Positions 1-12,319 are shown, counted from the first letter of the stretch. The stretch is 64,000 nt of DNA from Alphaproteobacteria bacterium (GCA_049601915.1 JBMYRB010000002.1:546800-610799); one strand, 5' to 3'. Numbers and translations are program-made. The notes: generated from the letters alone by a model not told the origin.

Positions 1-510
1 GTTCGGAATCACGATCAGGGTATCGACGAAGTGTTGCAGTTCTTCGATGCCCTCATCGGCCAATGTGGCCCGATGCTGGCCTTCGAACTGGAATGGCTTG
101 GTGACAACGCCGACCGTCAGGATGCCCTGTTCGCGCGCGGCGCGTGCGATGACGGGTGCCGCACCGGTGCCCGTACCGCCGCCCATACCGGCGGCGATAA
201 AGGCCATGTGACTGCCCTGCAGGTGGTCGATGATCTCATCGAGCGCCTCTTCTGCGGCGGCGCGACCAATGTCCGGTCGTGCGCCGGCGCCAAGACCGTT
301 GGTGATGTTCGCGCCAAGCTGGATACGTCGCTCGGATGCGTTCATCGCCAGGGACTGGGCGTCGGTGTTGGCGACGACGAATTCGACGCCTTCCAGGTTG
401 GACGCGATCATGTTGTTGACCGCGTTCGAACCGGCACCACCAACGCCGACAACGACGATCCGTGGCTTGAGTTGGGATTCAGGGGGGGGAGCAGTGAGAT
501 TGAGCGTCAT
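1..510 (-). CDS. ftsZ: Cell division protein FtsZ (5' part; runs off window start)
   Basis: Manual translation from ATG at 510: [35 protein letters not shown]...; GGAGG RBS; directly downstream of ftsA. Not in the ORF track because it is truncated. Confidence 0.97.
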   Translation of the reverse strand, partial: MTLNLTAPPPESQLKPRIVVVGVGGAGSNAVNNMIASNLEGVEFVVANTDAQSLAMNASERRIQLGANITNGLGAGARPDIGRAAAEEALDEIIDHLQGSHMAFIAAGMGGGTGTGAAPVIARAAREQGILTVGVVTKPFQFEGQHRATLADEGIEELQHFVDTLIVIPN

Positions 511-630
511 TTTTGCCTCCAGTTTTACAGCAGTGAGCTCATGGAAAGATCGACCAGACATGGTCGGGACGGTGACCCACCGTCCCGGCACATGCCGAAA
601 CCCTGGGTCGGGGGAGTGGGGGAGAGATTC

Positions 631-1971
631 CTAGAAATGTTCACGGAACCACTGACCAAACCGCCCGGTGAAGCGGCTTGATTCCCCCTGTCGTACCGGC
701 GACGGCATCGTCAGCGACGACGAATTGTCGACCGCATGGGCGATGAGGCCCGCGCCGGTGGCGAATGCGGGGCCGGCGATTGCTTCCGCGAGACCGCGGA
801 CACGCAGGGGCCGACCCATACGAACCTGCTTGTCGAGAATGCGCGTTGCCAGGTCGCGCACGCCTTGCAGTTGGCTGGCGCCGCCTGTCAGGACGACGCG
901 CCGGCCTGCAAGGGGGCCGAAGCCGCTGTCGTCGAGGCGTGCGCGCACCAGCTCGAAGGTTTCTTCGATGCGCGGCTGGATGATGCCGTTAAGCAGCGAA
1001 CGCGGCAGTTGCACCGCGGCGTTATGTTCCTCTTCGCCCACCTGGGGCACATCGAGAAGGTCGTGCTCGTCGGATTCCGTGGCCAGCGCATTGCCATAGA
1101 ATGTTTTGAGGCGCTCGGCGTTGGCGAGCGCGGTGGACAGACCGCGTGCGACGTCGGATGTCACATGATTGCCGCCGACGGGGATCGTGTCCGCAAACAT
1201 CATCTGGCCGTCGTAAAAGATTGCCAGACTGGTGGTCCCACCGCCCATGTCGACAACGGTGACGCCGAGGTCGGCTTCGTCTTCCACGAGGGTGGAGAGG
1301 CCGGCTGCATAGGGCGAGAGGACGAAATCTTCGACTCTCAGATGGCAACGCTCAACGGCCGCGCGGATCGTCCGCACCGCGTTGGTCGACGCGGAGACGA
1401 GATGCATGTTTACCGACAGCTTCTGTCCGAACATGCCGCGGGGGTCATCGATGCCCTTCTGGCCATCGATGGCGTAGCCCACGGGGATGGAATGGATCAG
1501 CTCGCGCTCCTTGGACTGTCCATTCCCGTTCGCGCCGTTGTTGGCCTGGCGGACGGAGTGGGTTTGCTGGAAGACCCGGTGCAAATCCATCTCGTCGATC
1601 TGCTGTCCGCCGATGTCCACATCGACGCCGAGTATTTCGGATCGTGGAGAGCCGGTGCTGAGGTTGACCGTGACGGAGCTGATGGTTTCTTGCGCCATCT
1701 GTTCAGCCATGTGTACGGCCTTGCGGATGGCATCTTCCGCGGCGTCGATGTCGATGATTGTGCCGTTTTTCAGGCCGCGGCTGAGCTGGTGGCCGGCGCC
1801 GATGACGCTCGGCTGCGCGCTGGGCGCCGCGCTGCCCTCTGCGGAGTAGCGTCCGGCCCGCGCGATCAGACAGCAGACCTTGCTGGTGCCGATGTCCAGG
1901 ACGGCGAACGTGCCGGTCCGTGGTTTGGTCAGCTTCTTCGGCAAGCCGCCGGTCCCCCAATCCATACTCAT
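631..1971 (-). CDS. ftsA: Cell division protein FtsA
   Basis: LDIGTSKV, VDMGGGTT and VLTGGASQL actin-fold motifs; C-terminal amphipathic helix (FGQWFREHF); lies between ftsQ and ftsZ. Confidence 0.97.
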   Translation of the reverse strand: MSMDWGTGGLPKKLTKPRTGTFAVLDIGTSKVCCLIARAGRYSAEGSAAPSAQPSVIGAGHQLSRGLKNGTIIDIDAAEDAIRKAVHMAEQMAQETISSVTVNLSTGSPRSEILGVDVDIGGQQIDEMDLHRVFQQTHSVRQANNGANGNGQSKERELIHSIPVGYAIDGQKGIDDPRGMFGQKLSVNMHLVSASTNAVRTIRAAVERCHLRVEDFVLSPYAAGLSTLVEDEADLGVTVVDMGGGTTSLAIFYDGQMMFADTIPVGGNHVTSDVARGLSTALANAERLKTFYGNALATESDEHDLLDVPQVGEEEHNAAVQLPRSLLNGIIQPRIEETFELVRARLDDSGFGPLAGRRVVLTGGASQLQGVRDLATRILDKQVRMGRPLRVRGLAEAIAGPAFATGAGLIAHAVDNSSSLTMPSPVRQGESSRFTGRFGQWFREHF

Positions 1972-2816
1972 GTGTCTTTTCCCTCGGCTTTCGGCCGGGG
2001 CGCGCTGTCGCGACCGACACGGACAATCAAACGATCGGGGACCCGCAGATCGACGGCGACGACGTCGCGGTCGAGCAGGGCGTGCTCGCGCTGGAAGTCG
2101 TCAAGCCGGTTCAGAGCCGCGGAGATATTCGCTTCGGGCAGCCGCACGTCGATCCCGTTGCGCAGACGAAGGTTCCAGCGCCTGTCCGAGACGCGCACGG
2201 CGGCTTCGATCGCCTTGGCGACGGCGGGATAGGCTTGCAGCAGATCGATTAGCTGCGCGGCATGCTCAGGCGCACCGTCGCCCACGATCAGGGGCAGGTG
2301 CGCGAACTGGTTCAGATCGGAGCGTTGTATGGTTTCGCCGAAGCGGTCCACCAGTGCGGCACGCCCGTCATGCTGCCAGATGGCGAGTGGCTGGCGCTCG
2401 ATAATTCGGACAAACACCACATCTGGAAGTCGGCGCGCGATTTCCGCCGAGCGGACCCAACCCATGGATTCGACACGCACGCGGGCGGCGTCCATGTCCA
2501 TGGCGAGGATCGGAGATCCGCGCTCAATATCCAGAGCAGCAAGTATTTCGGCAGAATCGGCGTTCTGACGACCGCTGAGGACGACATCGTCCACCCGCAG
2601 GCCGGTGTCGGCCGTAACGTCGAGGACGGAAGCACGCAGCGTGCTCATCTGCGCGTCGAGCCAGCCGTTGGTCGACAATTGCCAGCCGACACCTGTCAGG
2701 GCAGCGATGCCCCCGACATAGACACCGGTTTTGATCATCCGGCGACGTCGGCGACTAACCGGAGGCCGCCTTGTGCTCTTGTTCTTCGAAGCGCCGATCT
2801 TAGGGATCAATCGCAT
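1968..2816 (-). CDS. ftsQ: Cell division protein FtsQ/DivIB
   Basis: Basic N-terminus, one TM helix, POTRA-like region, DLRVPDRL motif; start taken at MRLIPK (2816), overlapping the ddl stop. Confidence 0.93.
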   Translation of the reverse strand: MRLIPKIGASKNKSTRRPPVSRRRRRMIKTGVYVGGIAALTGVGWQLSTNGWLDAQMSTLRASVLDVTADTGLRVDDVVLSGRQNADSAEILAALDIERGSPILAMDMDAARVRVESMGWVRSAEIARRLPDVVFVRIIERQPLAIWQHDGRAALVDRFGETIQRSDLNQFAHLPLIVGDGAPEHAAQLIDLLQAYPAVAKAIEAAVRVSDRRWNLRLRNGIDVRLPEANISAALNRLDDFQREHALLDRDVVAVDLRVPDRLIVRVGRDSAPRPKAEGKDT

Positions 2817-3733
2817 TGCGCGGTCTCCACCATCCAACTCACAAGTTCAGGGAATACGATGCCGCGATAAGTTGCCTGTTCCGGCACCAGCGACAGGCGG
2901 GTCATGCCCGGCTGGGTGTTGATCTCGAGGATCACCAGCGCGTCACGGTCATCGTCGTATCGGAAATCGGCACGGGTAACGCCACGGCAATAAAGTGCCT
3001 TGTGCGCCCTGGCCGCCCAGGTCATCGCCTGGTCGTAGACGCTTTCGCTGACAGGCGCCGGCACGAGGTGCTCGGTGACGCCGTCGGTATATTTGGCTTC
3101 ATAGTCATAAAAACCTTTGGTCGGCCGCAGTTCGGTCACGGCCAACGGGCGCGGGTCTTCGCCCGCAGCACCCATGACGGCCACCGTCAGTTCGCGGCCC
3201 GGAATGAATTCTTCAACCAGGTTTGCGTCGGTCTCAAGCGCTTCGGGGTCGGGCCCGTTCGCGCCATCCTCGATAATCTGAACGCCGACCGAGGAGCCTT
3301 CGCTGTTGGGTTTGATCACGTAGGGTCGCGGCATTACATCGCCCGCGAGGATTTCCTCGCGGCTGGCCAGTCTGCCCTTGGCAATTCCGAGGCCTTCGGT
3401 CGCGAAGACTGCGCGCGCGGCGGCCTTGTCCATGGCCAGGGCCGAAGACAGCACGCCGGAGTGTGTGTAGGGCAGGTCGAGGAGATTAAGGAGGCCCTGA
3501 ATGTTGCCATCTTCGCCGAAGTTGCCATGCAGGGCGTTGAAGACCGCGTCGGGGCGCGGGTCGAGAGCTTCGAGCAACGCGCCAATGTCCGCGGTGACGT
3601 CGATTTCGTATGCGTCATATCCGGCCTCGCGCAAGGCGTCGGTGCATTGGCGACCGGAATCCAGCGACACTTCGCGTTCGGCCGATGTGCCTCCCATCAG
3701 GACGCCCACGCGTTTGTGTGCGGGTGCGTTCAT
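2807..3733 (-). CDS. ddl: D-alanine--D-alanine ligase
   Basis: MGGTSAEREVSL, LHGNFGEDG, LEINTQPGMT motifs; start at MNAPAHK (3733) overlapping the murB stop. Confidence 0.97.
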   Translation of the reverse strand: MNAPAHKRVGVLMGGTSAEREVSLDSGRQCTDALREAGYDAYEIDVTADIGALLEALDPRPDAVFNALHGNFGEDGNIQGLLNLLDLPYTHSGVLSSALAMDKAAARAVFATEGLGIAKGRLASREEILAGDVMPRPYVIKPNSEGSSVGVQIIEDGANGPDPEALETDANLVEEFIPGRELTVAVMGAAGEDPRPLAVTELRPTKGFYDYEAKYTDGVTEHLVPAPVSESVYDQAMTWAARAHKALYCRGVTRADFRYDDDRDALVILEINTQPGMTRLSLVPEQATYRGIVFPELVSWMVETAQCD

Positions 3734-4665
3734 TGCCCACCCCCCGCCGTCTCGCCGATACGTTCCAGTTCCCAGGCCAGTTCGACACCGGTCGTTTCGC
3801 GGACCCGCCGGCGAACTTCCTCGCCGAGGCCTTCGATGTCGGCAGCCGTTGCGCCGCCGGTGTTGACCAGGAAATTGCAGTGCTTTTCCGATACCTGGGC
3901 GCCGCCGAGCTTCAGCCCGCGGCATCCGGCGCGGTCAATGAGTTCCCAGGCCTTGTGCCCGTTCGGGTTCTTGAAGGTGCTGCCGCCGGTGCGGGTCCGG
4001 ATCGGCTGAGTTTCCTCGCGGGATTCCTGGACCAGGTCCATTGCCCGGCTGATCTCGTCCTTGTTGCCCCACACGCCTTCCATGACGCAGCCCACGAAAA
4101 TCCAGTCGCACGGTATGGCGGACCCACGATAGCGAGGCCCCCAATCCTCAGGGGTCAGCACACGGATATCGCCATGGGGCGTGAGTACAGTGGCCTCTCG
4201 GACCACATCCTTGAACTCGCGGCCATAGGCGCCCGCGTTCATGCGCAGGCCGCCGCCGATCGTACCGGGGATGCCGACCATGAACTCGAAGCCCGCGATG
4301 CCGGCGTCGCGCGTGGCCTTGGCGACGTTGTAGTCCAGCGCCATGGCGCCAGCCTGAACCGATACGCCATCGGTACGAATGGTTGAAAAGGGACGTCCCA
4401 GACGTATCACCACGCCCGGCACACCGCCGTCGCGGATCAGCAGGTTCGAGCCCGCGCCCAGGACTGTGACCGGGACGTCATTGGGTTTTGCGACCAGGAA
4501 ATTGGCCAGATCCGTGACATCGGCCGGCCGGAACAGTATTTCGGCCGGGCCGCCGACGCGGAACCATGTATAGCGGGCTATGGCGCCGGCGGGCTCGTAG
4601 CGCCCGCGCACGGCGGGAAGCTTGTCGAGCAGTGAGGGAGTGCGTGAAATGGCCGCCATGGTCAT
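3730..4665 (-). CDS. murB: UDP-N-acetylmuramate dehydrogenase
   Basis: [29 protein letters not shown] and SEKHCNF motifs. Confidence 0.97.
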   Translation of the reverse strand: MTMAAISRTPSLLDKLPAVRGRYEPAGAIARYTWFRVGGPAEILFRPADVTDLANFLVAKPNDVPVTVLGAGSNLLIRDGGVPGVVIRLGRPFSTIRTDGVSVQAGAMALDYNVAKATRDAGIAGFEFMVGIPGTIGGGLRMNAGAYGREFKDVVREATVLTPHGDIRVLTPEDWGPRYRGSAIPCDWIFVGCVMEGVWGNKDEISRAMDLVQESREETQPIRTRTGGSTFKNPNGHKAWELIDRAGCRGLKLGGAQVSEKHCNFLVNTGGATAADIEGLGEEVRRRVRETTGVELAWELERIGETAGGGQ

Positions 4666-6092
4666 CCCTCCGTCCCCGTGTCACGCGACATCAACTGGTT
4701 CAACTCGTCGGGAAGCGCCTGGGCCCAATTGGTGACCGTACCTGCACCGAGGAACACAACCATGTCTCCCGCGGTGCCGCTGGACGCGACCAGTTCAGCA
4801 AGGCGATCCGGATCGGGGAGTGGACGCACGTCGCGATGACCGCGGGCACGAAGCCCGTCCACCAGTGCGTCGCGGTCCACTCCCGCGATCGGGGCCTCGC
4901 CAGCCGGGTATATGTCTGACACGAAGACGATATCCGCGTCGTTGAAGCAGGTGCAGAATTCGTCAAACAGGCTCTCGACCCGCGAGTAACGGTGCGGCTG
5001 GAAGATCGCCATGACCCGGCCCGGCGTGGCGTTACGTGCGGCATCCAGGACGGCGGAGATTTCCACCGGATGATGCCCATAGTCGTCGATCACCGAGATG
5101 CCGCCGGCCTCGCCGGTCTTGGTAAAGCGACGCTTCACGCCTTCGAAGCCGGCGAACGCGGTTTGTATGACCGCATCGGGGATATCCATCTCCAGGGCGA
5201 TGGTGACGGCCGCGAGAGCGTTCTGGGCATTGTGGGCGCCAAACATGGGCAGATGAATGCCTTCGATCGTGCGCGCTGAACTGTTGTTACGCTGGGCCAC
5301 GTTCACGTCGAAACGCATGCCGTTTGAATCTGTTTCGAGATTGACACCGCGCACATCTGCCTGGCGCGAGAACCCGTAGGTCACGATCCGCCGGTCTTTC
5401 AATTGCGGGATCAGGGCCTGGACCTCGGGGTGGTCGATACACATCGCCGCGAAACCATAGAAGGGGATATTCGAGACGAATGTCGCGAACGCTTCACGCA
5501 CCGCATCGAAGGTGCCGTAAAAATCGAGATGCTCGGGGTCGATATTCGTGACCACCGCGATGGCAGCCGGGAGTTTGACGAATGTGCCGTCGGACTCGTC
5601 GGCCTCCACGATCATCCATTCACCCTCGCCCAACCGCGCATTGGTGCCGTAGGCGTTGATGATGCCGCCGTTGATGACTGTCGGGTCGCGGTCTGCGGAA
5701 TCGAGCATCGCCGCGATGAGCGATGTCGTTGTTGTTTTGCCATGAGTGCCGCCGACGGCGATGGACCATTTGAGGCGCATCAGCTCGGCGAGCATTTCGG
5801 CGCGGCGTACGACCGGGACGAGGCGCGCCCGAGCGGCGACGACCTCCGGGTTGTCGCTTTTGACGGCGGTGGACACGACGAGAACCGACGCGCGCTCGAT
5901 GTTTTCCGCGCGCTGTCCGATATCGACGTGAATGCCGAGATCGCGCAGGCGCAGAACATTCGCGTTCTCGGACAGATCGCTACCCTGCACCTGATAACCG
6001 AGCGCATGCAGTGTCTCGGCGATGCCGCTCATACCGATGCCGCCGATGCCGACGAAGTGAATAAGCCCGATATCAATGGGGAGAGCCCTCAT
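4662..6092 (-). CDS. murC: UDP-N-acetylmuramate--L-alanine ligase
   Basis: [34 protein letters not shown] motifs. Confidence 0.98.
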   Translation of the reverse strand: MRALPIDIGLIHFVGIGGIGMSGIAETLHALGYQVQGSDLSENANVLRLRDLGIHVDIGQRAENIERASVLVVSTAVKSDNPEVVAARARLVPVVRRAEMLAELMRLKWSIAVGGTHGKTTTTSLIAAMLDSADRDPTVINGGIINAYGTNARLGEGEWMIVEADESDGTFVKLPAAIAVVTNIDPEHLDFYGTFDAVREAFATFVSNIPFYGFAAMCIDHPEVQALIPQLKDRRIVTYGFSRQADVRGVNLETDSNGMRFDVNVAQRNNSSARTIEGIHLPMFGAHNAQNALAAVTIALEMDIPDAVIQTAFAGFEGVKRRFTKTGEAGGISVIDDYGHHPVEISAVLDAARNATPGRVMAIFQPHRYSRVESLFDEFCTCFNDADIVFVSDIYPAGEAPIAGVDRDALVDGLRARGHRDVRPLPDPDRLAELVASSGTAGDMVVFLGAGTVTNWAQALPDELNQLMSRDTGTEG

Positions 6093-7246
6093 TCGGCTGC
6101 CTCCCGTATATCGGTCGGGCTGCCGTCAATGCCGTTGCCGTTGGCCGGGATGAGATGTTCCACCAGATCTGCCAGCCGGTCGGCGGCGTCCGGGTGACCG
6201 AGTGCGCGTGCGGCCGCGGCGACCCGTGCCAGTGCGTCGGCTGATTCCAGGGCGGCCTCCAGCCATCCCGCCATTGCGGCAGGGGTGAATTCGTTCTGCG
6301 CCATGACCCAGCCGGCCCCCGCCGCTTCGACCGCACGTGCGTTGGCCATCTGGTGACCATCGATGGCGTGGGGGTAAGGCACATAAAGCGCCGGTCGCCC
6401 CGCGGTGGTGAGCTCGGACACGGTGGACGCGCCGGCGCGGCAGACGACAAGATGGGCTGCGGCCAGGCGCGAGGGCATGTCGTCGAAGAAGGTTTCCAGC
6501 TCCGCCGGCATGTTAAACGCCGCATAGGTGGCCCGGACCTCGTCGATATCTTCGGCCCGGCATTGCTGCGCGAGGCGGAACCGGGCCCGCTGGGGCGGGG
6601 TCAGGGATTTGAAGGCGGCGGGCGCAATCTTCGAGAAGACCTGCGCGCCCTGGCTGCCGCCGACGATCAGCAGGTCGATGACACCGCTCGGCGGGGTGTA
6701 AGGACGGGCGGCAAGGGCCTCGATCTCCGGGCGGACCGGGTTGCCAACAACCGTGGCTCTGGCATGGCCTGCGGATTTGAGACGTTGTGTCTGGGTAAAG
6801 CTCAACGCAAAGGCCTTGGCACCGCGGGCCAGTCGCCGGTTGGCGCGACCAAGAACGGCGTTCTGTTCGTGGATCACGGTTGGCAGCCCGGCCATGCCGG
6901 CAGCGAGAATAGGGGGTACGCTCGGATAGCCTCCGAACCCGATGGCGATCGAGGGCTTGTACTCTCGGATGAGGCGTCGGGATTCGAAGAACCCTTTCGC
7001 CAGCGCCTTGGCGCCGGCTGCGATGCCCTTCGGGCCGCCGCCCAGACTGCGGGCCGAAATCGTGTGGCGCATCACCGTTTTGGGCAGTCCGAGAACGTCG
7101 GATGTCACAAGTCCGCCGCGCGGGTCGGTGACGAAAAGAATTGAATGCCCGCGTGCGGCAAGCGCACTGGCGAGCGAGACCGCCGGGAACATGTGACCGC
7201 CGGTACCGCCGGCGGCGATCAGAACGCGATACTGGCGTCTGCTCAT
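6089..7246 (-). CDS. murG: Lipid II GlcNAc transferase MurG
   Basis: AGGTGGH, HEQN, GNPVR, GGSQGA, RAGAST motifs. Confidence 0.98.
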   Translation of the reverse strand: MSRRQYRVLIAAGGTGGHMFPAVSLASALAARGHSILFVTDPRGGLVTSDVLGLPKTVMRHTISARSLGGGPKGIAAGAKALAKGFFESRRLIREYKPSIAIGFGGYPSVPPILAAGMAGLPTVIHEQNAVLGRANRRLARGAKAFALSFTQTQRLKSAGHARATVVGNPVRPEIEALAARPYTPPSGVIDLLIVGGSQGAQVFSKIAPAAFKSLTPPQRARFRLAQQCRAEDIDEVRATYAAFNMPAELETFFDDMPSRLAAAHLVVCRAGASTVSELTTAGRPALYVPYPHAIDGHQMANARAVEAAGAGWVMAQNEFTPAAMAGWLEAALESADALARVAAAARALGHPDAADRLADLVEHLIPANGNGIDGSPTDIREAAE

Positions 7247-8367
7247 TTAGACGCCTCCGATCCCAGTCGCCGTCGTGTTAGGGCGAGGGTCATGCCCAGG
7301 CCGAGTGCGACGCCGAGCAGCGAAGAGCCGCCATAGCTGATGAAAGGCAGGGTCATGCCCTTGGTCGGGATGAGTTGCAGGCTCGACCCCATATTGATGA
7401 GCGCCTGGATGCCGAACTGGACCAACAGGCCGGCGACGGCGAGCAGAATGAAGAGATTTTGTTCCGACATGGCGCGGGTCATGCCGCGCAGCACGATGAA
7501 GGCGAACAGGGCGACGATAAAAAGGACGACGAACAGGCCAAGCTCTTCACCGGCCACCGCGAATACAAAATCCGCATGGGCGTCCGGCAGCACCTGTTTG
7601 ACCTGGCCTTCGCCGGGTCCGCGGCCGAACAGGCCGCCGCTCGAGAAGGCCTCGATGCTGCGTTCGATCTGATAGGTGTCGCCCGACTTCGGGTCGATGA
7701 AGCGATCGATGCGGCTGGCGACATGGGACAGCGTGAAGTAGGAGCCGATCAGGCCCGATACGCCGAGAACCACCAGCCCGGCGACCAACCACATGGGCAG
7801 GCCCGCGAGGAAGAACTGCGCCATCCACACGCTGGTGATCACCACGGCTTGTCCGAGGTCCGGCTGGGCGATGACCAGTGCGATCACGGTGGCAAATAGG
7901 CCGGTGCAGATCAGGCGCCCCGGAAAGCGCGGGTCGCGCGACGCTTCGCTGAACAACCATGCCGCGACGACGGCGAACATCGGTTTCACGAACTCCGTCG
8001 CCTGCAGCGAGAAACCGGCGACCGAGAGCCAGCGGCGTGCGCCCTTGATTTCTGAGCCGAATATCAAGGTCACGGCGAGCAGGGCGAGACAGCCCAGGAA
8101 GGCGATCACCGCCATGCGGCGTACCTGGGTCGGTGTCAGTGCCGAGACCGCAAGGATCATTGCAATGGCGATCGGCAGCAGCATGAAGTGGCGTTTTATG
8201 AAATAGAACTCGTCCAGGCCGATCCGTTCGGCTACAGCCGGGCTGGAGGCCGCCGCGAGCAAAGCGCCAAATGCCATAAGGGTGGCGATTGCCGCGAGGC
8301 TCCAGCGGTCAACGGTCCACCACCATTGCCCGAGAATCGATGTGTCGGCGCGTGTAAACGGCGTCAT
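7243..8367 (-). CDS. ftsW: SEDS peptidoglycan glycosyltransferase FtsW
   Basis: Multi-TM protein with GARRW, QPDLG, DFVFAV..EE and LPFISYGGSS; dcw position. Confidence 0.96.
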   Translation of the reverse strand: MTPFTRADTSILGQWWWTVDRWSLAAIATLMAFGALLAAASSPAVAERIGLDEFYFIKRHFMLLPIAIAMILAVSALTPTQVRRMAVIAFLGCLALLAVTLIFGSEIKGARRWLSVAGFSLQATEFVKPMFAVVAAWLFSEASRDPRFPGRLICTGLFATVIALVIAQPDLGQAVVITSVWMAQFFLAGLPMWLVAGLVVLGVSGLIGSYFTLSHVASRIDRFIDPKSGDTYQIERSIEAFSSGGLFGRGPGEGQVKQVLPDAHADFVFAVAGEELGLFVVLFIVALFAFIVLRGMTRAMSEQNLFILLAVAGLLVQFGIQALINMGSSLQLIPTKGMTLPFISYGGSSLLGVALGLGMTLALTRRRLGSEASK

Positions 8368-9797
8368 GCGGCACCTCCTGATGCGTGAGGTAAGAAGCCA
8401 GGAATAGCTGCGACGGCTTTGCGGAACGCGTCGCCGCGTGCCTCGAAACTGGGGAACTGATCGAAGGAGGCGCAGGCCGGCGAAAGCAAGACCACGGCGT
8501 CGCCGTCGGCGACATCACAGGCCATCTCGTTTGCCTGGCTTAGCGCCGTGGCGAGATCGCCGGACAAGGTTGCGGGAACCCGGCCTTCAAGCTTGTCTGC
8601 GAATTCGTCGGCCGCATCGCCGATGAGAAAGGCGTGACGGACATGGTCGAACAGCGGGTCGAGCGCATCGATGCCGCCATCCTTGGCGATCCCGCCGGTG
8701 ATCCAGTAGATGTTCTCATAGGCCGACAGGGCATGCGCTGCGGCCTCGGCGTTGGTCGCCTTGGAATCGTTGACGAACCGCACGCTGCCCAGCGTGCCCA
8801 GAAGCTCCTGACGATGAGCCAGGCCCGGGAAGCTCTCGATCGCAGCCGTGATGGCGTCGCGCGTCTCGCCCGTGCGGTCACTGAGGATTGCTGTGACGGC
8901 GGCATAGGCGGTCGCGACATTCTGGGCGTTATGGTCGCCGGGAAGCGCGGCCAGCGTGTTCATCTCGATGACCGGCTCTGCCATGCCATCACGATCGTCG
9001 ATAATCCAGCCGTCGTTGAGGTAAACGGCACCGGCGCCGTGCGTGGAGATGGAGGTCATCGCGGCCAGTTCGCGCCCCGCAACCTCTTCGAAGATGTTGC
9101 GGGAATGGACGTCGTCGATCCCGACGATCGCAGTGTGGGCGTTGCTCTGGCCATTGAAGATCCGGCGCTTGGCGGCAACGTACCCGTCCATGCCGCCATG
9201 GCGATCCAGGTGATCGGGCGTGATGTTAAGCAATACCGCAACGTCGAAGACGGCGCGCGGCAACAAATCGAGCTGGTAGGACGATAATTCGAGGACATAG
9301 ATGCCGTCGCTTCCGAGCGCGTCGATAGAAAGGGCTGGTGCGCCGATATTGCCGCCTATAGCGCTCGCGATTTTGAGCTTCGACAGGATGTGTCCGATGA
9401 GCGCCGTGGTTGTCGACTTGCCGTTCGTGCCGGTGATCCCGATGTAACGTGCGTCCGGCGCGACCCGGGTCAGGAGCTCCACATCGCAGAGAATCTGACA
9501 GCCCGCGTCGCGCGCACGCGCGACAACCGGGTGCGTGTGGGGATGACCCTGCGGAATACCCGGGCTCAGGATCAGCATATCGATGTCGGCGAATTCGGCT
9601 GTCTCGAGGTCGCACGGTGTCAGGCCGCGCGTGGCGGCGCCATTGCGACGGTTTTCGTTATCGTCCCACGGCAGCACGCGTGCACCCGCACGGCGCAATT
9701 CACTGGCCGCGCTCATGCCGGAAACACCGAGCCCTAGCACGGCGATCGCGTGATCTTCGTAGGCGCTGAGATCGAGCATATTTTGAGTCGCCATCAT
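8364..9797 (-). CDS. murD: UDP-MurNAc-L-Ala--D-Glu ligase
   Basis: GLGVSG, ITGTNGKSTT, ELSSYQL, NDSKATN, LSPACASFDQF motifs. Confidence 0.98.
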   Translation of the reverse strand: MMATQNMLDLSAYEDHAIAVLGLGVSGMSAASELRRAGARVLPWDDNENRRNGAATRGLTPCDLETAEFADIDMLILSPGIPQGHPHTHPVVARARDAGCQILCDVELLTRVAPDARYIGITGTNGKSTTTALIGHILSKLKIASAIGGNIGAPALSIDALGSDGIYVLELSSYQLDLLPRAVFDVAVLLNITPDHLDRHGGMDGYVAAKRRIFNGQSNAHTAIVGIDDVHSRNIFEEVAGRELAAMTSISTHGAGAVYLNDGWIIDDRDGMAEPVIEMNTLAALPGDHNAQNVATAYAAVTAILSDRTGETRDAITAAIESFPGLAHRQELLGTLGSVRFVNDSKATNAEAAAHALSAYENIYWITGGIAKDGGIDALDPLFDHVRHAFLIGDAADEFADKLEGRVPATLSGDLATALSQANEMACDVADGDAVVLLSPACASFDQFPSFEARGDAFRKAVAAIPGFLPHASGGAA

Positions 9798-9801
9798 CGC
9801 C

Positions 9802-10887
9802 TTACCGCAGCTTCAGGGTTGCCAGCCCGATTAGGGCCAGGACAGTTGCGATGATCCAGAAACGGATGACGATGGTCGGTTCGGCCCAGCCCTTCTGCTC
9901 AAAATGATGATGCAGCGGCGCCATGCGGAACACGCGCTTTCCGGTCAGCTTGAACGATCCCACCTGGACGATCACCGAGACGGTCTCGAGAACAAACAGT
10001 CCGCCGATGATGGCGAGAACCAGTTCGTGTTTGGTGACGACCGCGATGCCGCCCAATGCGCCCCCCATGGAAAGGGAACCCGTATCGCCCATGAAGACCA
10101 TGGCCGGGGGTGCGTTGAACCAGAGGAAACCCAGTCCCGCACCGATCAGCGCGCCGCAGAAGACGGCGAGCTCGCCGGCGCCGGGAACGGAGAAGATCAG
10201 CAGATAGTTCGAGAAGACCGCGTTGCCTGTGACGTAGGAGATCAGGCCGAAGCAGGTCGCCGCGATCATCACCGGCACGATGGCGAGGCCGTCCAGACCG
10301 TCGGTCAGGTTTACGGAGTTCGACGCGCCGACGATCACGAAAATCGCGAAAGGTCCGAAGAACCAGCTCAGCTCGATCAGGAAATTCTTCACGAACGGCA
10401 ACGCGAGCGTGGTGTCGAGCGGAGACGGGGTCAGGTACATGATCCAAAGGGTTGCAACACCGGCGACGATAATTTCGGCGAGCAGGCGAACCCGAGCGGG
10501 AATGCCCTTGGACTTGGATTTTGTGAGCTTCTGATAGTCGTCGGCGAAACCGATGGCGCCAAATCCGACGGTGATCAGCAACAGCGTCCACACATATCCG
10601 TTCGTCAGGTCGGCCCACAGGAGGGTGGAGACAATGATGGCCAGCAGAATAAGAAAACCACCCATCGTGGGTGTGCCCGCCTTCTTGAAATGCGACTGCG
10701 GCCCGTCTTCGCGGATGGGCTGGCCTTCGGGTTGTTGCTGGCGCAACCAGCCGATGATCTTTGGGCCGAATAGGAAGGCGACCACCAATGCCGTGACCAC
10801 CGCGCCGCCGGCCCGGAAGGTCAGTGAATTGAACAGGTTGAACAGGATGAACTGGTCGGCGAGGGGGCCGAGGAGGTTAAAAAGCAT
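9802..10887 (-). CDS. mraY: Phospho-MurNAc-pentapeptide transferase
   Basis: [32 protein letters not shown] motifs; start at MLFNLL. Confidence 0.98.
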   Translation of the reverse strand: MLFNLLGPLADQFILFNLFNSLTFRAGGAVVTALVVAFLFGPKIIGWLRQQQPEGQPIREDGPQSHFKKAGTPTMGGFLILLAIIVSTLLWADLTNGYVWTLLLITVGFGAIGFADDYQKLTKSKSKGIPARVRLLAEIIVAGVATLWIMYLTPSPLDTTLALPFVKNFLIELSWFFGPFAIFVIVGASNSVNLTDGLDGLAIVPVMIAATCFGLISYVTGNAVFSNYLLIFSVPGAGELAVFCGALIGAGLGFLWFNAPPAMVFMGDTGSLSMGGALGGIAVVTKHELVLAIIGGLFVLETVSVIVQVGSFKLTGKRVFRMAPLHHHFEQKGWAEPTIVIRFWIIATVLALIGLATLKLR

Positions 10888-12319
10888 GATTGGCCTCCCG
10901 CCCGCCATTTGTATCCAGCGCGCAGAGTGCGTCGATGATCAGAGCCATGCGGCTGCCGAGTGACCCCTTCACGAGCACCACGTCACCGGCGTTCACGGCG
11001 TTGCAAACCTGTGGCGCAAGCGTTTTCGAGCTCTCCGCTTTCCCGCCGCGCATCTCGGCCGGCAGCGCGTCGTCGAGGGCGGCCATGTCCGTGCCGGCGC
11101 AGAAAACCTGATCGATCCTGTTGGCTTCGAGATCGCCGGCCAGCGCCGCGTGCAATTGCGCGCTGTTGAGTCCAAGTTCGAGCATGTCGCCGAGGACGGC
11201 GATCCGGCGTCCGCCAGCGCGAGGTTGGATTTGGCCCAGCACCGCGAACGCTGCACGCATCGATGCGGGGCTCGCGTTGTAGCTGTCGTCGATCACGGTC
11301 AGAACGCCGTCGGTCAGCTCTACGCTCACACGAGCGCCGCGACCCTTGGGGGGGTTCAGGTCGGCCAATGCGGCGGCTGCATGGCTCAAATCCCCGCCAA
11401 GGGCGGAAACCGCGCCGAGAACGGCGAGTGAGTTTTGTACCCAGTGCCGGCCGGGGACGTTCAGCCGGTAGCGGATGATCTGGTCGTCGAGGCGCGCGGT
11501 CACGTCGCTGCCGTCGTCGCCGAGCTTGCAGGCCGAAAGGTGCACGTCCGCCTCGGGGTGTGCGCCGAAGCCGACGACATTCTCGAGGCCCCGCGCCCAT
11601 GCGCGGGCAGCCAGGATGGCGAAATAGACATTGTCGCGGTTGAGGATGGCGACGCCGCCCTGGCTCATGCCGTCGAAGAGTTCGGCCTTGGCGTCTGCGA
11701 TTTCCGCCACATGATCGAAGAATTCCAGATGCACGGCCGCGATCGTCGTGATCACGCCGACGTTGGGTCGCGCCAGCTTGGACAGTTCGGAGATCTCGCC
11801 CGCATGGTTCATGCCCAGCTCGATCACCGCGAATTCTGCTTCGCGCGGCATGCGTGCGAGGGTCAGCGGTACGCCGATATGATTGTTCAGGTTGCCCGTC
11901 GTGGCATGGGTGGGGCCGAGCGAACCGAGGGCTAGGGCCATGGCTTCGTTGGTGCCGGTCTTGCCGACGGAACCCGTGATGGCGACGATCGGGGCTTCGG
12001 TGCGGTCGCGCGCTGCACGGCCAAGATTTGCCAGCGCATGAAGGCCGTCGTCCACACGTATGACGCAGGAATCGCCCGATTCGGTGTGCGCATCTCGGCT
12101 GGTAATGGCCGCGGTAGCGCCCGCTGTGAACGCATCGGCGAGGAAGTCATGTCCGTCGAAATTCTCCCCGGTAATGGCAACAAACAGATCTCCCGGACGA
12201 CAGGTGCGGCTGTCGATCGACACACCTGTGGCGGCCCAGTCGTCGGCGGAATCGCCGGCCTGGCCCTGGGTGGCGGCCAGGACTTCGTCCCGGGTCCAGA
12301 TTGGCGCGGCGGACGTCAT
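10877..12319 (-). CDS. murF: UDP-MurNAc-tripeptide--D-Ala-D-Ala ligase
   Basis: [37 protein letters not shown] motifs. Confidence 0.97.
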   Translation of the reverse strand: MTSAAPIWTRDEVLAATQGQAGDSADDWAATGVSIDSRTCRPGDLFVAITGENFDGHDFLADAFTAGATAAITSRDAHTESGDSCVIRVDDGLHALANLGRAARDRTEAPIVAITGSVGKTGTNEAMALALGSLGPTHATTGNLNNHIGVPLTLARMPREAEFAVIELGMNHAGEISELSKLARPNVGVITTIAAVHLEFFDHVAEIADAKAELFDGMSQGGVAILNRDNVYFAILAARAWARGLENVVGFGAHPEADVHLSACKLGDDGSDVTARLDDQIIRYRLNVPGRHWVQNSLAVLGAVSALGGDLSHAAAALADLNPPKGRGARVSVELTDGVLTVIDDSYNASPASMRAAFAVLGQIQPRAGGRRIAVLGDMLELGLNSAQLHAALAGDLEANRIDQVFCAGTDMAALDDALPAEMRGGKAESSKTLAPQVCNAVNAGDVVLVKGSLGSRMALIIDALCALDTNGGREANHAF

